Below are positions 32,467-41,897 of a stretch of DNA of 64,000 nucleotides, piece after piece; positions within the stretch are counted from its first letter, which is position 1; each line of letters starts with the position of its first letter. A program made the position numbers and the translations under genes. The notes under the pieces are model-generated. The model was given only the letters and a program-made list of their open reading frames with translations. It was not told where the DNA came from and made no database searches. Source of the DNA: Sulfolobales archaeon (GTDB taxonomy: Archaea; Thermoproteota; Thermoprotei_A; Sulfolobales; AG1); NCBI GenBank assembly GCA_038867615.1, contig JAWBYA010000004.1, positions 32,001 through 96,000 on the forward strand. Direction: 5' to 3'.

Positions 32467-33531
32467 TTGGGCAATAGATTCTCGGGCATGGTTGTGGCTA
32501 TCTCTGATCTGAGTAACTACCCGTTTCTAGAGAATCTGGAGAATTTCTTGGAGAGGGAGGGTCTTCCGAAGAGTCTTGAGGATCTTTTCCTCTCTACATA
32601 TGCTGAGGCTGGGTATAGGAGGGTTGTTGAGGATCTAGATCCTGGTGCATTTATGGGAAGCCCTGGTTTCCATGACTATAGGGAGAGGATCCTTAGCTTC
32701 TATATAGCGCTAGCCCTGGTTTCCATGACTGGTGATAGAAGGATCTATAGGGCTTTTGCTGAGGCCGAGGCTGAGAGGGTTCGGAGGATCCTTGTCAACT
32801 CAGATCCGGAGGAGATAATCTATGTGATGGGAAGGCTGGGCTATCGTGTTGAGAGAGCCTCTGAGAAAGAGCTTTGTTTAGCGATCGGTATTGATCGATC
32901 TACCCTTGGGCTGAATCTCAAATGCTATGCATACAAGATCCCCCTAGCAGATTATCTCAGAATAGCCGCACAGATAGCTATAGACGAGGAGTATAGACTT
33001 GTTAATAGACCCGTTAGCGGTGGATATGTATATGTGGAGAGAGAAACCCTGGTAAAGCTCTGTGTTGATATTGTGAAACATAGGATCGAGAGTATGGTGA
33101 AACCCATACCACCTATAGAGGCTGTTAAGAAGTATTTGGAGGATATATTAAGCATTGCGAGGGAGAAGCTGGGCGAGGCTGTGATAGAGGCCAGGGGTGA
33201 GAGTGAGCAGTATAGTAGAGAGAGGTATTCGTGGATAGAGAAGGTGGTCTTGAAAGGGCTTCCAGATGGTAGGAAGAGGTTCATATTATATGTGTTAACA
33301 CCATATCTGGCAACAATACTCAGGCTAGAGGATGAGGATGCTATGAGGGTGGTGAGGGAGTTTATAGATAATAGTTGCAGGAATTATGGTAAGTGTGAGA
33401 AGGTCTACGATTCATGGATAAGGTCTTGTTTAAGAGGGGCTATGCAGAAAGGTATAAAGCCGGCAAGGATTGAGAAGCTGGATGAGGAGCTTAGAAAATA
33501 CATAACAGAGATCATCTCCCAAGAGATCTAA
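32467..33531 (+). CDS. priL: DNA primase non-catalytic subunit: PriL N-terminal domain fused to a PriX-like domain
   Basis: YPFL, RILSFY, FAEAE, LVNRPVSGGYVY (PriL-N); YSWIEKV..GLPDGRKRFILYV..YL, KVYDSWIRS (PriX-like). Confidence 0.88.
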   Translation: MGNRFSGMVVAISDLSNYPFLENLENFLEREGLPKSLEDLFLSTYAEAGYRRVVEDLDPGAFMGSPGFHDYRERILSFYIALALVSMTGDRRIYRAFAEAEAERVRRILVNSDPEEIIYVMGRLGYRVERASEKELCLAIGIDRSTLGLNLKCYAYKIPLADYLRIAAQIAIDEEYRLVNRPVSGGYVYVERETLVKLCVDIVKHRIESMVKPIPPIEAVKKYLEDILSIAREKLGEAVIEARGESEQYSRERYSWIEKVVLKGLPDGRKRFILYVLTPYLATILRLEDEDAMRVVREFIDNSCRNYGKCEKVYDSWIRSCLRGAMQKGIKPARIEKLDEELRKYITEIISQEI

Positions 33532-34087
33532 TAACGAACACCGTCCTTTCTATAGCTGTGTATATTGATAGAGCTATGAATACAAATAACGCTATCTCCA
33601 TGGCGCTCTGGCTGAAGAGCCCGAGCAATAGGATCAGTATTATGGTTAAGATCCTCTCACCCCTCTCCATAAGCCCAACCCCAGAGACCCTGACCCCGAG
33701 GGACTCAGCCCTAGCCCTAGCATAGCTTATCATCAGGCTGGCACCAGCAGCTATATATACAGCGACGGGGCTGAGCCCGAGTATTATGAATGTGGAGAGG
33801 TATGATAGATCCGAGATCCTATCGCATAGAGAGTCGAGGAAAGCACCCCTCGCACTAACCCTGCCAGAGACCCTTGCTATCTCTCCATCGAGGAAATCGA
33901 GGATCGATGATAATATGATCATAACGATCGCTCCGGGGATCCCGTATAGCAAAGCTGAGACAGGTGTTATGAGGGCTAATACTAAGCCTGTGAGTGTAAC
34001 GATATTAGGATCTATATTCCTACTCGCCATAAAGGCTGCTACAGGCTTGATCAGAGATGAGATCCTGTTCTTGATCCTGTTGAGCAT
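33512..34087 (-). CDS. pgsA: CDP-alcohol phosphatidyltransferase (archaetidylinositol phosphate synthase-like)
   Basis: PNIVT, DFLDGEIAR..GAFLDSLCDR, SYARARAE, ERGER. Confidence 0.9.
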   Translation of the reverse strand: MLNRIKNRISSLIKPVAAFMASRNIDPNIVTLTGLVLALITPVSALLYGIPGAIVMIILSSILDFLDGEIARVSGRVSARGAFLDSLCDRISDLSYLSTFIILGLSPVAVYIAAGASLMISYARARAESLGVRVSGVGLMERGERILTIILILLLGLFSQSAMEIALFVFIALSIYTAIERTVFVIRSLGR

Positions 34088-35202
34088 CAGATCCTCCCCA
34101 GGATCTCTGAGATCTTGTTATAAGCCTTGGAGAAAAGATCCATCCCGACCGTGAGGAGCCCGCCATCATCAACAATAATCTCTCCCCCCACGATTACAGC
34201 CTCGATCCTGGGTATGCTTGATATAGCTATATCGGCTGCTAGATTTTCGTTTAGGATCTTCTCCGGAACCCACCATGGAGGCTGGGTTAGATCCAGGATC
34301 ACTATATCGCCAGGCCTTCCAGGCCCTATAACACCTGACTCCATCGAAACTTTAGCAGCAGCCCAGATTGTTGCGCTTCCCAGTATATCCAGAGGACTAT
34401 AACCCCTAGCTCTGGCTATGATGAAGTGGGGGTAGAGGGACCAAGAGGGGTTAGCCCCTATACCATACCCAGCCCCTGGCTCCCACCTATCCATGCTAAG
34501 CTCTGTGTATACCGATGAATCCCGCGGTATATTACACTCTGGTGGAGGGTCTATAGCGAGGATCCTCGGGATCTTGAGATCCATGCATGCATCTCTATAT
34601 ACCACTAAAGGCATATCGCTTGGAACAAGGTTCTCTAAACCCTCCCTAACAGCACGTCTAGAGCATATAGATCCCGTTATGAGGGCTAGTGATTCTCCAC
34701 GTCTATGCCACTTTTTAGCCGAGGATGAGATCTCTCTAGCCCAGCTATCCAGATCCCCTGGGTCTTCGAGGCATGGCGCGGCTATCACTCTAATACCAAC
34801 ACTCTCCGAAGCCCTTACAACAGGCTCAACAAGCCTATCGGTTGAGAGGATAGTCGTTATGCCTCTCATCGCAAGCCCGGCGAGGGATAGTGTTGATAAG
34901 AGGTATAGATCGTTGTTTGTGAGAGTGCTATAGATAGAGGGTTCTTCAACCCCTCTCTTAGCAATACCCCTTAGAGGTAGGAGGGATGGTCTTGAGTAGA
35001 GGGCTATCATACCGGGGATTACAAGTTTCCCCTTACCGTTGATTACTAGATCAGGGGGTTCTAGATCTATGGGGGTTTCTCCCCGCCCAACGCTTTCTAT
35101 GACTCCGTTGTTTATGAAGATGTAACCCCTATCTATGAATAGATCTTCTTTGGTTGACATTGTGAGTATAGATGCGTTCTCAACAAGGATCTTTACACCC
35201 AT
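34087..35202 (-). CDS. Amidohydrolase-superfamily protein (SsnA/MTA-deaminase-like) with degenerate metal site
   Basis: INGKGKLVIPGMI, RGITT, GVIGPGRPGDIVILD, VIVGGEIIV; ATG 35202 after GGAGGT SD. Confidence 0.8.
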   Translation of the reverse strand: MGVKILVENASILTMSTKEDLFIDRGYIFINNGVIESVGRGETPIDLEPPDLVINGKGKLVIPGMIALYSRPSLLPLRGIAKRGVEEPSIYSTLTNNDLYLLSTLSLAGLAMRGITTILSTDRLVEPVVRASESVGIRVIAAPCLEDPGDLDSWAREISSSAKKWHRRGESLALITGSICSRRAVREGLENLVPSDMPLVVYRDACMDLKIPRILAIDPPPECNIPRDSSVYTELSMDRWEPGAGYGIGANPSWSLYPHFIIARARGYSPLDILGSATIWAAAKVSMESGVIGPGRPGDIVILDLTQPPWWVPEKILNENLAADIAISSIPRIEAVIVGGEIIVDDGGLLTVGMDLFSKAYNKISEILGRI

Positions 35203-35204
35203 CT

Positions 35205-36026
35205 CTACCTCCTCAAGATCCCTGGGTAGAAGTAGTTCTTGCCAAACCTCTGCTTCGCAGAATCCCACTCAGTCAGGATCCTCACAGCCTCGTTTGCAAC
35301 TCTTATCATTGTATCAACCCCAGCGTCTGGGGTGAACTCTCCTGTCTCTCTATTAGCTATAACCGCACACACTGCTCCGGCCCTCGCACCATATATATTG
35401 CTTAGCGTGAATATGGTGGCAGCCTCCATCTCGAAGTTGACCACGTTGGCGTCTCTGAGCATCTTCACAAGATCCTTTGACCATGGAGGCATATAGTCTT
35501 TATAACCAGGCCTGCCTTGACCAACATAGAAGCTATCAGTGCTCGCTGTTATGCCCACGTGGTATCTAGCGCCAAGGGATTCCGCAGCCTCTATGAGGGC
35601 TAGGATCACCTCATAGCTAGCCACAGCTGGGTATTCTGGAAAGATATAGGCTTTACTAGCACCGTCAAGCCTTACTGCAGCAGCTGATATTACAAGATCA
35701 CCGATCCCTATCTCCCTTCTAAGGGAACCTGTAGTCCCTACTCTTATGAAAGTGTTTGCACCGACTCTTAAGAGCTCCTCTATAGCTATTGCCGTCGAAG
35801 GACCCCCTATACCTGTAGATGTTGCAGAGATCCTCACACCCCTATACTCACCAGTATATGTGACATACTCTCTATGGGTTGCTACATGCCAGTATTTATC
35901 CCAGGTCTTCGCTATCCTGGGAACCCTTTCAGGATCGCCTGGGAGGAGGACATAGCGTGCCACATCCCCCTCACCGACCATTAAGTGGTATTGCTTGCCC
36001 GAGACTGTTGGTTTCTCGGAAAGCAA
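35205..36026 (-). CDS. udp: Uridine phosphorylase
   Basis: LPGDPERV, HREY, STGIGGPS, RVGTTG, FYVGQGR, NFEMEAA; TTG 36026 after GGAGG. Confidence 0.95.
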   Translation of the reverse strand: MLSEKPTVSGKQYHLMVGEGDVARYVLLPGDPERVPRIAKTWDKYWHVATHREYVTYTGEYRGVRISATSTGIGGPSTAIAIEELLRVGANTFIRVGTTGSLRREIGIGDLVISAAAVRLDGASKAYIFPEYPAVASYEVILALIEAAESLGARYHVGITASTDSFYVGQGRPGYKDYMPPWSKDLVKMLRDANVVNFEMEAATIFTLSNIYGARAGAVCAVIANRETGEFTPDAGVDTMIRVANEAVRILTEWDSAKQRFGKNYFYPGILRR

Positions 36027-36307
36027 TGCGCCTCCCAGAAACATCATGCTAAGGAGATGATAAACTAATAGAGCTATATGGTTATAGCCCACATCATTTC
36101 TACATTCAAGGAATACTATGAGAGGGATGACATGTAACTGTGGCTAGGAAAATACCGCCTCTAGGTATTTTCTCTATTTAAATAGCCTATATGAGAATGC
36201 TTGTCTGAATCGAGGCTAGAGTCGTGGTGTCTCAATAAGCCCAGAACCTAGGTAAGCGTTTTCCTGACACATCATAGCTTTTATCCCTTCAATGATTCTA
36301 AAATTAC

Positions 36308-37522
36308 ATGGCGCGTTTCTTGAAGTCAAGGATCCTGGTGCTTACTTCAATAGCGCACTATATTAACGATGGGGCTGCTATAGCTTATGCAACTGTATAT
36401 CCGCTCTATGTGTATATGGGTTATAGCTATACTGATATATCCATAGCATCGGCTCTCTATCTAGGAACTTCGTCGATTACAAGCCTATTTGTGGGAAAGA
36501 TAGGGGATAGGGTTGAGAGGCCCTTCATCCTCCTAGCGATCGGAATGATTCTATGGTCTCTGGCGATAGCGATCCTGGGACTCTCCATCTCGCTTATAGG
36601 AACCAGTATCGCCTATCCCCTACTCATTGCTTCAACAATTGTTGGTGGTATAGCAAGCTCCATATATCACCCAATAGGTGCTGGTATTCTCTCCCACCAC
36701 TTCACCGAAGATCGAGGGCTGGCTCTCGGCATAAATGGGGCTATGGGTGCCCTTGGGAGGAGTAGCTATCCAGTGATTATAACGCTGCTCCTCACCACAA
36801 CACATATAGGGCTTTTCCCGCTAGCAGTAATCTCTCTTCTATCATCAATACCGATGATCGCTCTTGCGAGAATAGCTACGAAGATCATTGATATGAAGAG
36901 CTCCACCGGATCTATACCGCGCGAGGTTTATATGCCCATAGCGCTCTTAACGATCATAGCCATGGCCAGAGGGATCGTATCCCAAGGAGCTCTAACCTAT
37001 CTAGCGATAATGGTAACCCAGAAACTCGGTATAGCCTATGGCGTCGAGGTGGGGCTTCTAACATCGCTAGCAATGGTTGGCTCTATAATGTCACAACCGC
37101 TTTTGGGAGTAATCTCTGACAGGCTTGGTAGGAGAAACACGATGCTCCTCACCACGTTAATGGCCTCGCTATCTCTATATGGGTTCATAGAGTTCTATAG
37201 ATACCAAATAGCGTTATACCTATCCCTCTTCTTATTCGGAGTATCTGCTTTCGAGGCATTCACACTGCTCCTAGCATTCGTCTCAGACACCGTTCCTCAG
37301 AGATATATAAACACTGCCAACAGCATAGTATGGGGCATCGGGATCTCTGCGGGAGGCTCTATGGGTCCCGTGATAGTTGGGCTAATAGCATCACACTCAT
37401 CACTTGATACTGGTTATGTTGTGATAGCCCTTATAAATCTGCTCACAATACCTGTGATCTATATAGCGTCTAGATATGCTGTAACGGAATATAACAGGCC
37501 TGGTTTCCATAACCATCGATAA
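36308..37522 (+). CDS. MFS transporter
   Basis: About 12 TM; HYIND, GKIGDR, YHP, GVISDRLGRR. Confidence 0.92.
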   Translation: MARFLKSRILVLTSIAHYINDGAAIAYATVYPLYVYMGYSYTDISIASALYLGTSSITSLFVGKIGDRVERPFILLAIGMILWSLAIAILGLSISLIGTSIAYPLLIASTIVGGIASSIYHPIGAGILSHHFTEDRGLALGINGAMGALGRSSYPVIITLLLTTTHIGLFPLAVISLLSSIPMIALARIATKIIDMKSSTGSIPREVYMPIALLTIIAMARGIVSQGALTYLAIMVTQKLGIAYGVEVGLLTSLAMVGSIMSQPLLGVISDRLGRRNTMLLTTLMASLSLYGFIEFYRYQIALYLSLFLFGVSAFEAFTLLLAFVSDTVPQRYINTANSIVWGIGISAGGSMGPVIVGLIASHSSLDTGYVVIALINLLTIPVIYIASRYAVTEYNRPGFHNHR

Positions 37523-37625
37523 GCCGGCGAAAGGAAAGGCTTCATAGCTTAGCTTCAACCAAGAACACATAGACAGATCTGGCCAGTATGTGGAGCATTA
37601 GTAGCTGTGAATGGTTTAATAATCC

Positions 37626-38663
37626 TTACAATGGTAATTCGAGGGGTCTCCAATCGAAGATCCCCAGGGTCTCGAGAATCCCTCTATCCTTCACACCGAT
37701 CCATGCGAGGCCATATAATGCTGCTCCTTCTGCAGGCTTTTTTATCCCATCTCTATAGTAGTTTCTAAGGATCTCGGCGTCTATCTCGTAGTATTTCCAT
37801 AGATCCTCTATTATAGCCTTCACAGCTCCCCTCCCCGACATATAGATCTTTATTGATCCGCGCCAACGATCTTTTTTGATAGATGTCTGGAGCATTGAGA
37901 TAGTTTTTGCTATGTCGTCTAGATATCTCTCATACCCTTCTGGGCATTTACTCCTGATTATCTCTATATCTATGGATCCACATATATCTCTTAACCCGCC
38001 TGAGAAGAGATCCCTTTTATAGATCCTCCTCCCAATCGCTACAGCCATCTCACCATCCCACCCACCGCTAGATATGATCCCTATTGGAAAGAGCGTCCCC
38101 CCGATCCCATCGATTATCTTGCCACTCTTAACAGCCACTGCCGCTGTGAATGCTCCGAGCTCTACTACTATAAAGCTGCTCCTTCTAAGAACCCCTCGAT
38201 CCTCATTGCTATGTATCATTGCGGCAAGCACTGTTAGTGCTACTTTATCGGCCGTCCCAAGGTCTATTCTGTTTATCTTCCTGCTGCTTGGAACGCTAGC
38301 AAGGTTGGCAACACCAGGGATCCCTATTACAGGCATTCTCATGGTTTTCAGCCTCTTTAGGAAATAGGATATGTATCTCAGCCCACCCACGCCTGGATCA
38401 TCTTCTCTAACCAGGGTTGCTGTTGCAAGCTCTGCCGGGTCTAGGCTTCTAAGATCTATTGGTGGTAACCCGTAGCCTGATGGTGCAACCACGAGGTTGG
38501 GGGTGTTGGATTCTATGATATCTAGAAGCTTTTCGGGCTCTCTGCTAAGCTCTTCAGAAACCACTTCGATATAGTCTTCCAGCCCTTTCTCAGATGTTAC
38601 TATTATGCCTGTGGATAGTGTTCCAGGGTCTATTGCTAGAACCTTCATAGAACCCTGAATCAC
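37626..38663 (-). CDS. DUF1464 family protein (ASKHA/butyrate-kinase-like)
   Basis: IDPGT, APSGYG, RKINRIDLGTADK, IIDGIGGT, AEGAA. Confidence 0.83.
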   Translation of the reverse strand: MIQGSMKVLAIDPGTLSTGIIVTSEKGLEDYIEVVSEELSREPEKLLDIIESNTPNLVVAPSGYGLPPIDLRSLDPAELATATLVREDDPGVGGLRYISYFLKRLKTMRMPVIGIPGVANLASVPSSRKINRIDLGTADKVALTVLAAMIHSNEDRGVLRRSSFIVVELGAFTAAVAVKSGKIIDGIGGTLFPIGIISSGGWDGEMAVAIGRRIYKRDLFSGGLRDICGSIDIEIIRSKCPEGYERYLDDIAKTISMLQTSIKKDRWRGSIKIYMSGRGAVKAIIEDLWKYYEIDAEILRNYYRDGIKKPAEGAALYGLAWIGVKDRGILETLGIFDWRPLELPL

Positions 38664-38687
38664 TTGAATCGTGGGGGAAAAATAGCT

Positions 38688-39926
38688 TTAGGTTAGGTAT
38701 CTATTCTCCACAACAGATCTCTGTTCCACATTTTTGCCGGGCCATATTTTGGAGTTGATGATTAGGGATCCTTCGCCTATATGTGTATTGTTACCGATAA
38801 CACTGTTCACTATCTTAGAGCCCCTGCCAATATATGTGTGCCTTCCAATAATGCTTCCCTCGATTACTGTTTTCTCACCGATCACGCATCTATCCATCAC
38901 TATAGACCTGGAGATCCTTGAGCCGCTCATGATGACTGTATAGTTATCTATGATGGTATCCCATAGATCTACGCCTTCGCTCAGATCCACGTGCCTGCCG
39001 ATCAATATATCTCCGCCAACCCTCAAGAGCCCCTTCTCGATCATCCCTACTAGTCTCTCGTGAAGCTTCCTAGATAAGGAGCTTCTACCCATCATCCTCA
39101 CACCCCCATATACCCTGGTAACCCTTAGATCCTGTGGGCTGAGGTTTCTCAAGAGATAGAAAGAGGCCTTCATATAGCTTTCAGGCGTACCTATATCGAA
39201 CCAATAGCTTTTCAATATATAGCCCTTAACCTTCATTCCCCTGGATATCACTTCTGGTATTACGTGGCTCCCGAAGTCCGTCAAGCCATTGATCCTCATT
39301 TTTCTCCCAACCTCGTCGTCGAAGAATCTCCTGATCCACGGCTCTATAACATAGATCCCAGTATTGATCAGCCTTGACGGGGCATGGGCTGGGCTTTTGG
39401 GCTTTTCAACAAAGCCCTTTATATTCATATCACTATCTATGTCGGCTACACCGAATCTTGTTATATCATCTCCATGATCCAGTTCCTTGAGCACTATAGT
39501 CATGCCTGCCTCCGATTCTCTATGGATTTTCCAGAGATCATAGAGGTCTATGTTGAAAATAATATCGCCCTGCACGACAAGCACTGCTTCATCTATATCG
39601 TAGTAATCCATGAGTATCTTCACAGACTCGGCATTTCCACTTGTAGAGAAGTTGGGCTGGTATCTAACCCTAATGGAGTCGGGCGAGAGACCAAGCATAG
39701 CTGCAAGCCTCTCACCACCGCCTAGGTAGTCAACCACCTGTGTATAGTTATAATACCCACTAACGCCTATGTAGAATTCCTTAACCCCTTGGGAGGCTAG
39801 CATTGATAATATGTGCTCTATCAGCGGTCTGTTAAGAAACCTAACCATAGCCTTAGAGGTATCGACTGTTAATGGGTATAGCCTGGTGCCCAGACCACCA
39901 AGTGGTATTATGGCCTTCTTGATCAC
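38688..39926 (-). CDS. Sugar-1-phosphate nucleotidyltransferase (GlgC/GMPP-like) with left-handed beta-helix
   Basis: GGLGTRLYPLT..SK, QGD, FVEKP, NTGIY, DFG, WFDIGT, hexapeptide repeats. Confidence 0.9.
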   Translation of the reverse strand: MIKKAIIPLGGLGTRLYPLTVDTSKAMVRFLNRPLIEHILSMLASQGVKEFYIGVSGYYNYTQVVDYLGGGERLAAMLGLSPDSIRVRYQPNFSTSGNAESVKILMDYYDIDEAVLVVQGDIIFNIDLYDLWKIHRESEAGMTIVLKELDHGDDITRFGVADIDSDMNIKGFVEKPKSPAHAPSRLINTGIYVIEPWIRRFFDDEVGRKMRINGLTDFGSHVIPEVISRGMKVKGYILKSYWFDIGTPESYMKASFYLLRNLSPQDLRVTRVYGGVRMMGRSSLSRKLHERLVGMIEKGLLRVGGDILIGRHVDLSEGVDLWDTIIDNYTVIMSGSRISRSIVMDRCVIGEKTVIEGSIIGRHTYIGRGSKIVNSVIGNNTHIGEGSLIINSKIWPGKNVEQRSVVENRYLT

Positions 39927-40086
39927 GATCTCTCCTCTTCCAAATAATAATACGGATAGTAGAATATAATAATATATTATCGGTTATAGCCACCTGTGAA
40001 GCTGTTCTTAATATACAATGATCCTGCTATCTAGTAGACCAGCTGGTTTAGGGCAACCATTAATAGTGATAATCAAGGTTTTATGC

Positions 40087-41838
40087 TTATTTATGGATTG
40101 TTTTTGCGACATCTTCAAGGATCCCTATTCTCCTCATCCTAAAGATCCTTGGGTCCATTGTATCGAGCTTCCTAGATATTATTGGTTTAAACTCCATTTT
40201 TGATAACACGTCTTTCTCAAGATCAACGCCTGGCGCGATCTCAACAAGCTCAAGGCCTCTGCCGGTGAGCCTGAAGACAGCCCTTTCGGTTATATATACA
40301 ACTTCTTTCCCATACTTTTGGGCTAGTCTCCCGCTGAAGAACACCTTATACACTCTGGATACGAATTTGATGATATCTCCGTCTTTTACGATCTTCAAGC
40401 CATTCTCGGTCACCCTTATATCGCTCGAGCCGGCTGTGAAGGAGCCTGCGAACACAATCCTAGGAGCTCCCCCGGCTATTACTGGAAAGCCCCCTGGGCC
40501 TGGTATTCTCCCGGGGAGGGCTGATGGGTTGACATTGCCTTCGGAGTCGATCTGGAGGAAGCCTAGTATTGCAGCATCTATGACACCGCCCTCGAATAGG
40601 GAGAATGTGTCTGGGATTGTTGTTAATGCGAATGGTCCATATACTATGCCGAAATCCTGGCCTGGGAGGGCTAGTCCTCCCCAGGCGCCGGATTCTACTA
40701 CAGGTATTATTAGGTGTGTTATCCCCTCCTCGATAGCGATCCTCGTTATAAGGGCTGGTATTCCCACGCCTATGTTTACCAGGACTGGGGATCTCTTTTC
40801 ATTTAAGATCCTTACCAGCTCTATGAGGGCTCTCCTAGCTATAACGATCTCGTGCTCTTTCCACGACTGGTGCGGTATATCTTCAAAGATCTCTGGCTTT
40901 AGAGGAGGTATTACCCTATGGCTAGCCCTGGGATCGTATTCAAAAGATCCTGATTGCCAGTGCCTCTCCCTCGGGGCTCTCACTATATAGTCTATCAGGG
41001 GGCCGGGGATCTCAACAGATCTTGGGCTCAGAGTACCCATCTCTGTGATCCATCTAACCTGGGCTATAACAATCCCCGGATCCGGTCTAGCCTTAACAGC
41101 TTGGGCTATGCTCAGCACAGACCCCCTTATCCCCTCATCCTCGAGACTTAGATTACCCATAACATCCGCACTTGTACCCCTTATCAAAGCCACACCGGGT
41201 TTCGGGGCCTTGTAGAAGAGGTATTCCTCCCCACCGATATTGATAAGCTCAACTTTACAGGTCATGGAAGCCTTGGCTTTTTCGTTCATTGCTCCACCAT
41301 CAAACCTGGGGTCTAGCAATGTATCAAGTCCGATCTTTGTTATCAGTCCAGGTCTTCCCGAAGCAACCTCTCTGAACCAATATGCTGTTATCCCCAGAGG
41401 CCATGAGTACGCCTCGATCATATTATCCATAACCATTTTTTGTAACCATGGTGAGAAGCCTAGGAAGGGTACTAGTATACCTCTTATAAAGCCCCTGTCA
41501 TTCTCTCTATACAGCTCCTCTGCAACCTTGTCCAAGGCTCTTCCGGGAACTGCTGGAAGCGCGTCTGATATTACGAAGAGATTCCTCGGATGTCCTGTCT
41601 TTTTATAGAGGTTATAGAGTTCTAGTATCAAGTGCTCTGGCGTTGTGGCCATGTTAAAGCCGGAGATCGCGATCACGGCTCCATCGTCTATACATGATAA
41701 CGCCTCCCAAGCACTAACGATCTTTTTCTCCACTATCTCCAAACATCTAATCAAATCGGGCTCCAAAACAGTATTCCTGGGAAGATTATTAGGTAGAGGC
41801 AGGGATGATTCTTCTAAGTATGTTTTTATAGCGATCAC
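40087..41838 (-). CDS. Acyl-CoA:acetate/3-oxoacid CoA transferase (fused alpha/beta, YdiF-like)
   Basis: PGLITKIGLDT..DPR, VNIGVGIP, VESG catalytic Glu, YITERAVF, EIAPGVD; true start probably ~35 codons downstream. Confidence 0.92.
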   Translation of the reverse strand: MIAIKTYLEESSLPLPNNLPRNTVLEPDLIRCLEIVEKKIVSAWEALSCIDDGAVIAISGFNMATTPEHLILELYNLYKKTGHPRNLFVISDALPAVPGRALDKVAEELYRENDRGFIRGILVPFLGFSPWLQKMVMDNMIEAYSWPLGITAYWFREVASGRPGLITKIGLDTLLDPRFDGGAMNEKAKASMTCKVELINIGGEEYLFYKAPKPGVALIRGTSADVMGNLSLEDEGIRGSVLSIAQAVKARPDPGIVIAQVRWITEMGTLSPRSVEIPGPLIDYIVRAPRERHWQSGSFEYDPRASHRVIPPLKPEIFEDIPHQSWKEHEIVIARRALIELVRILNEKRSPVLVNIGVGIPALITRIAIEEGITHLIIPVVESGAWGGLALPGQDFGIVYGPFALTTIPDTFSLFEGGVIDAAILGFLQIDSEGNVNPSALPGRIPGPGGFPVIAGGAPRIVFAGSFTAGSSDIRVTENGLKIVKDGDIIKFVSRVYKVFFSGRLAQKYGKEVVYITERAVFRLTGRGLELVEIAPGVDLEKDVLSKMEFKPIISRKLDTMDPRIFRMRRIGILEDVAKTIHK

Positions 41839-41897
41839 AAGGCATATTTTCTAAATCCTTATCGTCTGTAGTGCTATAATAGATATGAGGCTCCTGT

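Noticed and set aside
36250-36262. AGGTAAGCGTTTT shared with 61831-61843 as a DtxR regulon site
   Set aside because: One 13-mer match is near chance expectation, it is not palindromic, and at 61831 it overlaps a BRE/TATA element
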